The notes beneath the pieces are model-generated. The model saw only the letters and a program-made list of their open reading frames with translations. It was not told the origin of the DNA and searched no databases. Made by a program: the position numbers and the translations under genes. DNA of 64,000 nt from the human T2T-CHM13v2.0 reference genome, Homo sapiens, in assembly GCF_009914755.1 (NCBI RefSeq), contig NC_060929.1, one strand, 5' to 3'. Position 1 is the stretch's first letter. The number at the start of each line of letters is the position of its first letter. Of the stretch, positions 1 through 12,097 are shown one piece after another.

Positions 1-465
1 GGTACCACGGATCAGGGAAGCAGCTTAATTTGCTCTTTGCAAAGGTATGATTGTCTATTTCTAAAGAAATATTCTAAATATATACATATATAGGGACTAT
101 CTGAATATGATCATGTCTACAATAGGATAAAGACTTTTAAAAATTAAAGAACAGGGTCTTAGCTGACCAATAGAAACTTTTGTATTGTAATGCAAGCTAT
201 TTTTTCCTTAGGTGATCTTAGACAAGATATGGGATATTTTTGTCTCTCTCAGTTCCTATCAATAAAATGGTGATAATTTATACAATTTTGAAAAACCTCT
301 TACAATAATAAAAGCAAAATAATTAACAGTGTTATTCAAAATGCCATTTTTTTCAAGTTTTTCCCTTTCTAGTTAATTTTCCCAAGAGAACTTAGTTTTA
401 TAATCCCTAAAATGTGCTTTAATTATTTAGTTTAATAATGTCAGTATCTGTAAGTTAATTTCAAA

Positions 466-625
466 AGCTTGAGTTTTAGAGTCATATAGATCTCAGTTTG
501 AATCCAAGTTCTAGATCTTTCTAAGTATATAAACCTTGGCAAATTATTTGTTAATTTTCTCATTCAGAAAATTAGCTAATAATAACATATCTCCTAAAAC
601 TGTTGTGATAATGGTGTTAAATGAT
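466..625 (+). mobile_element. MIR SINE fragment (approximate)
   Basis: ttttagagtcatatagatctcagtttgaatcc...accttggcaaatt resembles the MIR 5' and core consensus. Confidence 0.55.
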
Positions 626-1524
626 GCTGTCTACTGTTCATCTTCATCATTAAAAATTGATGGCTCAATAATTTAATTTATCTGGGTCATAAGTTCCTTG
701 TGAGCGGAAGCTGTGTGTTTTGTTTATACAGAAGTTTCAGTACCATACACACATTTGTAAATACTGGATAAAATGCTTTTTGAATAATATTAAATCATTA
801 TATTTTCATTGGGGGTATAGTCATCATTATGATTAATGTATTAACATTGGTTTTAAAGGAACAGATAGCTGTTCATTGATGCTTTTGTTGAATATCTTCT
901 CTAATATTTGTTATAATTAAAAGTTTTTTTTTTAGTTCAAAAGAATTAGAGTAAATCCTGTTACTGGGTATGGCCAGGAATAGTGTATTCTGCTTAATCA
1001 ATACCATGTTCATAAAGATTTTTCCTGTATACCATATGTAGATTGCAAATTTCCCCAGAATTAGATTACAATAAAATACATTTAACTCTAATACTACTTT
1101 ACACATGATTTAAGCATTCTTTGGTGATTCACAGGCACTTCAAACTCATGTCATGCCTCCGTGTCAACAGTCTGAAAATTAATTACCATTAGGCTATAGA
1201 TGTACATGAGTGCTGGTTAAATAGAGAGTTCTGTTTTATATACTTAAGAGTAAAGTGTTTATTTTCATTGCTGTTGCTGTGTAATAGGTTAGAAATCTAC
1301 CAGAAAAAATAAACATTAAATCAAATCCATAAATACTAATAATGTAAAAGGTTTAGTATATTTAGACACACAGGAAGTATTTCATATATTCTTATGTTAG
1401 AAACAGTTCAAAAGATGTATTATTAGCCTGGTGTGCAGTTGTTCTTTTTATCCCTATATATTATATACACATTATGTATGCCATATGAAGTAATAGCAAC
1501 CTCTAATTTTGGAATTAGCTTAAC

Positions 1525-1720
1525 TTGAAGTTAAGACAGATACGGGTTCTGATCCAAGCTGTTCCCCTTGTCCATTGGGTGAGTTATTTTACTTCTCTGA
1601 GGCTTGGTTTTATAATTCATAAAATGGGGATTATAATCTGGCCTATTTTACATGGTTGTTGTGAAAATTAAATAGTAAGTATCAATGTAAAACTCTTTAA
1701 CATTGTATCCAATAAATGGC
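1525..1720 (+). mobile_element. MIR SINE (approximate)
   Basis: Core ttgggtgagttattttacttctctgag...taaaatggggattataat...ggttgttgtgaaaattaaat. Confidence 0.75.
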
Positions 1721-2469
1721 AACTCCTTTTCTTCCTCCATCTTCACCTGTTAATGAGTTTTTAGTACTTTGATATTGGGAACAAACTCCTTTATAGGAAT
1801 ACTGAAGTAACGCTCTTGTAAGCACAACCTTTGTGATTCAGGGTAGAAGTGCTTTTGAGTTCTTTATAAAGCTCAAATTCTAAAGCAGGTGAGGAATTTC
1901 CATTTCTTGAGGGTGCAGACCTCAGGCAGGATCTATTCTAGATTTGGGCTGCTTTATTGAAGATCTACTATTTTCTCCTTTCCTTGCCTTTCACATAGAG
2001 AGTCCTGAAAGAAGGACCAACCACCCCACCTTTTCTACTGCTTGTGACCTTGCTCCAGTAATTTCTTACGGGGAAATTACAGCTGAGATTCTTACTTATT
2101 GAATACATAGCAGTATACATTTTTGAAGTGGATGGATTCATTTAGGGCTTGCTGCAGAGAGGCTTACCCTTGTGTTTCCTTTTTCCTTTCTTTTATTTGG
2201 GAAATGTAGCATAAGAGTAATGGACAAAACTTAAAGTTCCAACTTGAGAGGCAAAGTTAACTTATTAGATCTGTGGTTATTATTCTGCTTCATGGATCAC
2301 CCATATAGAGCAGGAGAGTTCTTGAACCTAACAGGCCTGTCCATTTTCTTTTACCATTGCAAAAACAACCCCATCTGAGTGAGTAGAAGTATGCTGCTGC
2401 TCTTTATATAAAAAACTTAAGTGAGAGAGAACCTTTATGCAATTACTAATTTATCTCAAAAATTGAAGG

Positions 2470-2575
2470 ACTTGCACAACTGCGAATATACTAAAAACCA
2501 TTGAATTGTACGTTTTAAATTGGTGAATTGTATGGTATATGAATTATGTCTCAACAAAGCTGTTCCTAAAAAAAC
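2470..2575 (+). mobile_element. Old L1M (L1MB/ME-type) 3' terminal fragment
   Basis: gcacaactgcgaatatactaaaaaccattgaattgtac...gaattatgtctcaacaaagctgtt followed by an A-run. Confidence 0.7.
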
Positions 2576-3232
2576 TAAAGGCCAAGTGTTATTATTATAC
2601 ACATTATCAGATCTACTTAGAAGATTTCTTGAGTTCTCAATGGACTCTGCATTAGGCTGTGCTTCTCTGATGGTAAGTACAATCAGTTGGAGAGTCAGGA
2701 AGGTGCCAAACTGTTTGTCCTGTTTGTTTTGATATTGTATTTCTTTAGGCTAGCAAACTTATGGCATCTTACTAAAATTATGGCATCTTATTTTATGCAA
2801 GGAAACAGCAGCACCTTGCTTAAATCTGTTTTGGTATACTAGGTAGGTTCAGATACCTGTTCCCAGTGCCAGATTTTACTTCTGTGGTTTGTCAAAGCAT
2901 GAATGCCTACTTTGTTGGATGTAATCTTGAATCACAAAGTGTACTTGGTTTAGATAAGAGAGATACTTTGAAGGAGAACTGGAAAAAAAGTTTCTACTGG
3001 ACATATGAAACACGATTTACTCACCTTAATCAGTGTGTAAGACCCAACCAGAACATTTTTGTAATTGAGAGCATTTTTTCTTCATATGGATTCTAACATA
3101 TAATTCAAAATAATTAATGGTCATTTCTTTGATTAAATTGCTATTTAGGGTAGGGAGTGGTTTTAAATTTTATATTTTGTTTGCTTAAGAGGGCTGGTGT
3201 GAAGGCTTGACATCTCCCCGCCTATCCTCCAC

Positions 3233-3272
3233 CACACACACACACACACACACACGGAGAGAGAGAGAGAGA
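3233..3272 (+). repeat. Compound (CA)n(GA)n microsatellite
   Basis: About (CA)11 then (GA)8, roughly 100 nt upstream of the exon 4 acceptor. Confidence 0.95.
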
Positions 3273-3369
3273 AACAGAGAAAAGTGGTGGTTTGTCTCTT
3301 GTGTTGCTGTGGGGTTTTGTTGTGTTTTCGTTTTGAACAATTTTCTAAAGGTCTGTTTTTCCCCATTAG

Positions 3370-3663
<294 letters not shown>

Positions 3664-6600
3664 TAGGAGGATTTAGAACTTGGGCTGGCATTTACAGAAA
3701 ACAACCTTAGCAGGGTTTTGGGGGAATTGCCTGATCTTGAGGAAAGTTAAGTGCAGGAATCTCCCTTTAAGTATTTGGAAAAAAAAAAGCTGTATTATTT
3801 TTAAATAGCAGTTTTATATTGTAGAGCTGATTACTTATTTCTAGATTAATATTGTAATTGATTCAGCTAAAATTTAGAGTCTTTCTTCCCCCTTCTCCCC
3901 ACACTGGAATTATTAAAATTAGTTGGATATTCATTTTATTTTTGGCTGCTATAGATTTAAATGAACTGTCGATCCTCAGAATGGAAAAATACAGCAAATT
4001 CTAATATTTATTGCTTCCTAAATTCCTGGTGGTTAAAGATACAAATATAGCAAGTGTTCAAAAAAATGAGAAATCCACTAGTCATGTTCATTAAAAGAAT
4101 ACTGGGAATTTTATTTGGATGAGTCTTGGTACCCAATGTTCATCGCTAGGGAAATAATGAATGATGTATTTATTATCTTGTCTTTTTATTAAGAAATCTA
4201 TAAGTGACACCTGAAATTTTGACAAATATATCAGTACCTGTATTAATTTTATGAGAAGTAATGTTGTCTATATTTACTAGAAGATCCTAGTCTTAGTGAA
4301 ATTTTTCTTGGCTAATGATGGACCACATCATGCTGATTGATCCCAGGTGTAGTCTAAACCAAACGATGCTGTTGTCCGTGAAGATACCAAATGACCATGA
4401 CTGGAAGGGGTATTTGAGATTAGCCGTTTTACAAATAAGGAAACAAGTCCCGAGAGGTTAGGAGACTTCCACAACATGACACTGTGTAATCTAGGGTTAT
4501 GCAGCAAGTTGGTAAAGGATGTGATATCAGTATTTTCTTTTTCCTATTAATAGGATATACGTTCAGAAGTTGGCTGTGGACAAGTTTGCTACTTGTGAAC
4601 TATTAGATATTTGTTGACTTTTTCCCTGGCAATTTTCTTAAGTATCTTGTAATAACTTAATCTTGCTGCTTTCTGTGAGTCTCCTGAAATAATGGTAGTG
4701 CCCTTCCCCCTAATCAAAATGTAAATCAATCTGTAACTACAATAGATAGTTTCGATGTATTAGAATGATGTTTGGGGGGCACAGTGTGGTGGTTAAATAA
4801 CACAAGTATAATGCATGGTTTAAATAAGTATTTTCATAAAATCCTAAATGTTTTACTTTTTAAGTAAACCTTTTTCAATTTTGTAACTCTAGTATAGACT
4901 TGATTGGTTAGATGCTTTATAAAGTAAAAAGGATTAGCATTAAGAAAACTATAATGAAGGGGATCATTTAAGGAAAAATTATTGAATTAATATTAAATGA
5001 ATGCAATTTAAAGAGCTTTGGTACTTAGAGAGACTTAGAATTACAAACGACTGTTTAGGAAGAAAATACCAACTAAATTTTTTGGTTACCAAAAAGGGTA
5101 CTGGTGGTACATACAGTCAAATAAAATTTGCAGTGTTCACATTTAATTCATGGTCAAATGTCACTTTTCCAAGTGGGTTTTGAAAATTACGTACCTTAAC
5201 CCTCAATCAGAAATATAAATTTTTATTAGGTGGAAGTTTCCACCAGCTGATTCTAGTTATGCCCTCTTATGGACTACTTTCTAATTAAGGACCAGGCTTT
5301 ATACAAATTCTTTGATTTCAGTCCAGCGTAAAGACCACAACTTCTCGTCCTGTGTGCCCCCCACCCACTGCCCAATCATTACTAGACTGCTAGAAATTCT
5401 CCTATGTACTCTGATGGCAAGCAGAGGTCACTTGCCATTTTAATGGGGTCTAAGTTCTGTGAAGAATCTCACGTAGAAGTAACAGTAAGTAGCACATCTT
5501 AATATTCATTCACCAAAAAATTAACTGAAAGTTGCTTCTGGACTACAAAAGGAAAGGCTTTTCTTCTTAATAAAATGGGGGAATTTGACTTTGTGCCCCT
5601 ACACAGGGCTCACATTGCTTCAAGGCTCTGCTTTGGAATTAAATGCTGAGCACTGCCAGATGCCAGACATTGAGAAGAGGCTGAGTTTTGTCGGCAAATG
5701 GGATCTGCAAGTTAATTGGTGTTTTCTGCAGGCTTCTGGCTGTGAAATGAAATTGGAAGCCCTTTAGCCACATGGATAATACAGGACCTGAATACAAATG
5801 TCACATGTCACCATCAGGACCCACTGTGAGACAATAGTGTTCCCACTCCAACACCGCCCCATTACAGATCATTTAAATATGGGGATTACATTTAAACTAA
5901 AAGCCCCATTTGCCTTTTACTGCAATTTAAATGTCCTCTTAGCAAAAGCTAAGTGACAAATTAAATGAAAAAAATGCCCACATTTTTAAAGTTGTAATGC
6001 AAAACAACCTTTTATTGCTTCTCATGTGCCACGAATGAATCATTATACTTGTCAACCCTAAACCAAGCCATAATTGGAGCAGCTACTGTTATCAAAGTGG
6101 GGCCGCTCTGTGACAGCTTAATAAAGCTGAAACTGTTAAATTAAATCTCAGATGCTTAACTCCTTAGCACTGGTGGATTCGTTGGGTCCATTTCTGGCAG
6201 TGACCAGTACACCAGGAAAAAAAAAAAAAAAAAAGATTCCTGGCATGAAAGCCCTAATCTGATGAAAGTGTACAAGCGAGAGTATGCTAGCCAAGTAACT
6301 CTGCTTCTTGGCAGATGGATTTGGAGCCATCAGATTGTCAGCCAGAAGATTACAAAATCTTTTTCATATGGCCCAGTGTCCCCCTCCCCAAGATTTACAA
6401 TTTCCTGCTTACATGTGATCTATGAAAATTTAAATGTTGATGTTTCAAAATTAATTGTAAAAGTAACATTTATTTTAACTTTTTCTTTCTTTCAAGTGAA
6501 TATATGAAAACTTATTTGTGGTAGCCACAGGCCCAATTTCTTCCCCCCATGCTCCAGCTAACAAAGGGACTGATTATTCTGTTTTTCTTTTCTAATATAA

Positions 6601-8961
6601 GTGCCTATGACATTCATTTGGTATGAGTTAACTTTTGTGATTTACTCCCTGATTTTCATAATGTAGTATGAAATAGGTACAGATGCATAGTCTTAAGATC
6701 CTGTTTATTGCATCTCATTTACAGATACATTTATCTTATACATGAGTCAGTTTTTCAAATATTAATTTTACTTTCTCTACATGGTGTTTATTTTCCCAAA
6801 CATACACCAGTGTTCTCAAGATGAGTAATGTTGTATCATAATCAGCTATAAGAAAAGGTATATATTAAAATAGAAAGCCCCATTGCAATGGTAGAGGTTG
6901 TACGTTTGATAGAAGCTACATATTTAGTAGAATCTATAGAACACACACCTCTTGAATTACATTCTTTATTCTGTGACATGCAAATTTTCTGGAAAGCAGA
7001 TCACAGAAATAACCTCTGGATTTCCAAGAACAACCCAGTGCTGATTGGGGGTGAGCACACCTATTGTTAGCTGTAATGGCTGTCTGTTCAGCACACTTAA
7101 TTACTGTGGGGGTCTAGGGATGAGGGGATACACTGTAACCTCGCATCTGTGTTGATGGCTCTCTTTTCTTAAATGTATTCCTAGACTGCAATTTTACTTT
7201 GCTTCATAAAACTATAGGTTGTGGCTGCCAGTCTATTAAAACCTAAATAAAATGATGTCATTAGAGGAAACAGTTAAATAACACTTAATTACAGTTTTAT
7301 CACAGGGAAATATTCTTAAATTTTTATCTTCAACTGTTACATAATATGTTTTTCCCCAAGTTTTAAACACTTAACTTTCTCTCGGAGCTGAGTCACGCGC
7401 TTTGCTTTCTAGCATATAAATCCTGTTTCTTAGGGAGCGGGTGGGCTGCCATTGCAAGAGCCTTGCTGCACTGAGCTTTGCTCATTCAGTTCACAAGAAC
7501 AAGGTGGCATGTCTCAGAGTTCTTTTCACGGCTTCTCATCTGGAGACCTAATTCTGTGTGAACAGAAATAGCCAGAGTTAGATTGTTTTTCTAGTTTGAA
7601 TTTCATTGTATGATTAGTTTGACCACTAGTTATTAAGCAACAGCTATAATGTTCCTTGGTAGGGTGCTAGATAGATTGAGTGGTATACAGATTCAGGACA
7701 CTTAGAATTAGAGTAAATCTAACTATGTTTGGCAGTAGAGAACACAGCCTACCCTTTGAGACTATATTTTTTGAATTAACCTGCTCCATGGACCCAAATG
7801 CTGTTCCATCTTCCATCCCAGACTCAAATAGTGATTTTTCTGTAACCACCTACATTATTCTTGAATAAGGAGAAAAACATATGCTTAAGTCACACATTCA
7901 AAATGATACTTTTAAGTAATTTAGGACAATCTCTGTGTACCAGAAGTAAGATTCTAAAGGCTCTGCTTTACTCTGCTTTATAGGTAATTGTGGAGAAATT
8001 TCTGGGGAATGCTGTCTTACATCTTTGAAAGCAGTAGGCTTAATAACTGCCCCCACCAACACCCCCATCCCTGTTTTGAGCTTCTTACTTTAGTTGAGTT
8101 ATTCAAACTAACTCAAGCTTGCCACATTTTATAGTTGATGGTGGTTAATTAATGGCTAAGGAGCAACTGCTTCTTTTTGAGAACTGGAAAGCTTACCAAA
8201 ATGGTTCCCCATATACATAGTTACCTCTTTGCTAGTACCATGAAGAAAAAGCAATTCCAAGAGTTCCCTTGCAGCAAAAAGATGTCGGTACACACTTGGT
8301 AACTTCCAAATAGCTGGAAGTATAGAGCGTAATTCTAATGAACCACATATCAGGATTGCTTGTCATCTACCTGTTTGTCTTCCCTGGGCATAAGGAGAGG
8401 ACAGCTTTCCCACAACATAACACTGTCAGTGCTGTGTTGTTAACCTTCTTTCCAGAAGTCTTATTGTGGTCTCTCTATCAGTGTGTATGAAGCACTTGCT
8501 ATGTCTAGAGGAACAGATGTATTAGATATTTGATTTTGGGGTAGGTGATAGTACCAGTAGCAAGGAGGGGGTAGAGAGATGAAACATTAGGAGATGTGAT
8601 AAATAAGAACAGCCAAGAATGGATGAAGGAGAACTTTGATAGAGTAATTTCATTACAAATTAGTACAAAGGTTTATAGAAACCAAATTTAATATGGTTTT
8701 ATAAGATGTTTATGGAGGTGTGTTGCAGGGAAGAAGCAGTGTGAATACTCCAGAAAAAAGAAACAACTTGAACAAAGACAGCAGTGGGCTCAGTGGAGGA
8801 GAGTAGAGAGCCTTCAAACTCATTATCAAAACTGTTGAGATTTTCAATCCAACCTTGCTGTTCTGTATTGTTGCTTAAAAGCGGAGAAGAGGGAGATGGT
8901 AGACAGGTATCATAAAACCTGGATTTTTGCTTTATTTCTCATTTTGGTCTAGCTCCTAATG

Positions 8962-9190
8962 ATAACATAGTTGCCAACATTTATTTGTCAGGAACTGTGC
9001 TAAGCACTTAATGCATGTGTTGTTTTATTTAATCCCTGAAACAATCCTGTGAAATAGGTCCAATTATTTGCCCTCATTTTACAGCCAATAATACTGAGGT
9101 TTAAGGAGGCTTGATAACTTGCCCGAGGTCACAGTAGCAAAGCAGGAATTTAATCCCAGGTGTCAGTGACTTCAAAAACATAACCACCAG
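8962..9190 (-). mobile_element. MIR SINE
   Basis: Antisense core: tgtgctaagcac...cattttacag...actgaggttt...aacttgcccgaggtcacag. Confidence 0.8.
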
Positions 9191-9210
9191 TCTAGACAAT
9201 GTCCTCAGCT

Positions 9211-9535
<325 letters not shown>

Positions 9536-11732
9536 AGCTTATTGTTAAACACTATTATATGCCTCTCTTCCAGGTAGTCTCTCTACTCGGAGCAGAGCAA
9601 GGTCAAAGCGAAGCTCACCTAGTGGGGAATAAACCCTGTAAGAGCTGCCTGGCCTTGTCTGCCTACCCATGGTACCACAATCCTGACTACCATAGTCCGC
9701 TGAGCTTACCTAGTCTAGTCGCTAATTTGTACCCATGTTTACAGGGACCCTCTAACTTCAGGTTCTTTGAGAAAACAAGCACATGGATCCAATAGCCAAA
9801 TACGTGCCATTGACTGAGAACTGTATTAAATAATAAACTTCAGCTTATCATAAATATAGGTACTACATGCTGTAGTATGGGGTACTACTGTAGGATAGAA
9901 TACAGTGAAGTTTGTATCCCATTTTCAGGTCCCCTTTGGTAAGGAGCCGGTGAAGACCCTTAGCTCATTGTCTTTGCCCTGGCCTGAACTAGGCGCTGAT
10001 AATGACCACAGAGTTGCCAGCACTAGTTTATCTCATATGGCTCTGTAGGCTCTGCAGACCCCTTCCTGACATAAGCTGTCCTGCTGGGATGGGGTTGTAT
10101 ACTCTGGTCTCAGTTTCTGCTTCTCTCTGCCTTGTTCAGAGTTTCCTGTAAATACAGAGGATTGGTCAATTGTATTGCTGAGAAGGCTTTACTTCCCTCC
10201 AGCACTGTTCTCAGAAGGCTCATCTGCTTCTAGGTCCTCATTACTGGGGCATGTTTTCTTTCCCTGTGCTGTCCTACTGCTTTCTGTCTCTTAAAACTCA
10301 GAACTCTGTATTCTTGGGTCATAGACCTCGGAGTTCTGCCCTGCTGTGGGGGTGGAAAAGAGGGGTTTATTTTCTGCTTCTTTAAGTAAACAGAGTAATC
10401 TCTAGTTTGGGTCAGAAGTAAACCAAAAGAGAGAATGTATGGGCAAACCTAGGATAAATACTTGCTGTGTACTGCTATCAACTATCCTCTTGACTGTGGC
10501 TGCTAGGGTTTAATTATCCATTCAGTTACCTGTATAGGGAAGAGTGGAAATAAAGAGAAAAACTTTAAAATACGAATTAAAAAAATAGATTTTCAGGATT
10601 AAAAGAGACTTTACAGGTCATTTGATCCTATTGTCTAACCAATTGGAAATTCTTAGTAGTATCCATTGTCTAAACTGTTTCTGTATAGAATTAGATAATT
10701 TGTAACAACACTGGAGATTCACCTCCTTGTGTGTTTTTATGAAACCATATGCTAAACATGGAGATTTGGTGAGGAATTAAGATGCTTTAAGGCTCATTGT
10801 AATACACTTGAGTGTTACTGTCTTATATATGTTGTGTGTTAGTAGCTTTATTTGTATCAAGAATCGATTCCAGTTACTTTCTTTTATGTCATCTTTCTAC
10901 TTACAGCATTAGTCCATTGGTAGTAGATACTCTTCTCACATTAGTGGTTAATAGGAATGTCATAGCGTTGGTATAAGGTGTCCTCTTCTTTCTCATAATT
11001 CTTAGAAAGGTTCTCTCCCTACTTTTCCTGTTTCCTAAGAGATAGTACTGACCGCACTTGCCTTCAAGAAATGTCCACCAATGGGAATTCTGGCTAGGGA
11101 AGTCTCCTTACTAGGCTGTGGATCTAGAGAGTACTATCATGGTAGGGTGGAGGGGGAGAGCGAGAGTGAAAATGAAGCAAGACAAGCTGGGGAAGAAAAT
11201 TTCCTTTCACCATTTCTTACCCTGAAGTGGCAGCATAGAAAAATTAATGAGGTCTGAGAAGCTTCGTTTTAAGCCATCTGGGATTCCCAGGGGCTTCACA
11301 GAGAATCAGGGATGCCAGGAGCAGGAAGGAAAGAAGTGGAAGCAAAGGGAAGGCTGAAGCAGCTCCTTAGGCAGCTCTGTGTATGTGCCAATATCAAGCA
11401 AGGTGCTTTATACATGCTATCATAGTTAATTTAAGCTTCGTTAGGCTCATGATGGGGAGGAAAACCCAAGGAAGTTAGAAATGGTTGTCCTTAGAGGGGG
11501 GTGTTCAGACACTGCCCTGCAGAGCCCCTAGGTTTGGGGTCAGGGGGAAGCGAGTGCTGAAGGGACGAGGCAGATCCTTCTCAATCAGAGCAGTGTGACT
11601 TTACCACATTACTACTAGGGTTTTCATCAAGATTGTTCTGGAGGAAAGGATTCCGATATTATAAATGCATGCTTGATAATCACTATCTTCAGTAGGCTTT
11701 TAATAGGTACTCTTGTTAGACATGTACTAAAA

Positions 11733-12097
11733 CAGGGGTTCCCCCATCCCCGGACTGTGGACCAGTATCAGTCCGTGGCCTGTTAGGAACTGAGGCACAT
11801 AGCAGGAGGTGAGTGGTAGGCAACTGAGCATTACTGCCTGAGTGCTACCTCCTGTCAGATCAGCAGTGGCATTAGATTCTCATAGGAGCACAAACCCTGT
11901 TGTGAGCTGCACACATGAGGGATCGAGGTTGCGTGCTCCTTATGAGAATCTAATGCCTAATGATCTGAGGTGGAATAGTTTCATCCCAAAACCATGCCCC
12001 GGCAACTGCCACCCCGCCCCCGCCACCAGTACTCATACGTGGAAAAATTTTCTTCCACAAAGCCAGTCCCTGGTGCCAAAAAGGTTGGGGACTGCTG
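11733..12097 (+). mobile_element. MER1B hAT-Charlie DNA transposon (non-autonomous)
   Basis: Termini caggggttcccc...ggttggggactgctg, internal gattctcataggag/tatgagaatctaatgcc; 8-bp TSD tactaaaa/tactaaag. Confidence 0.9.
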
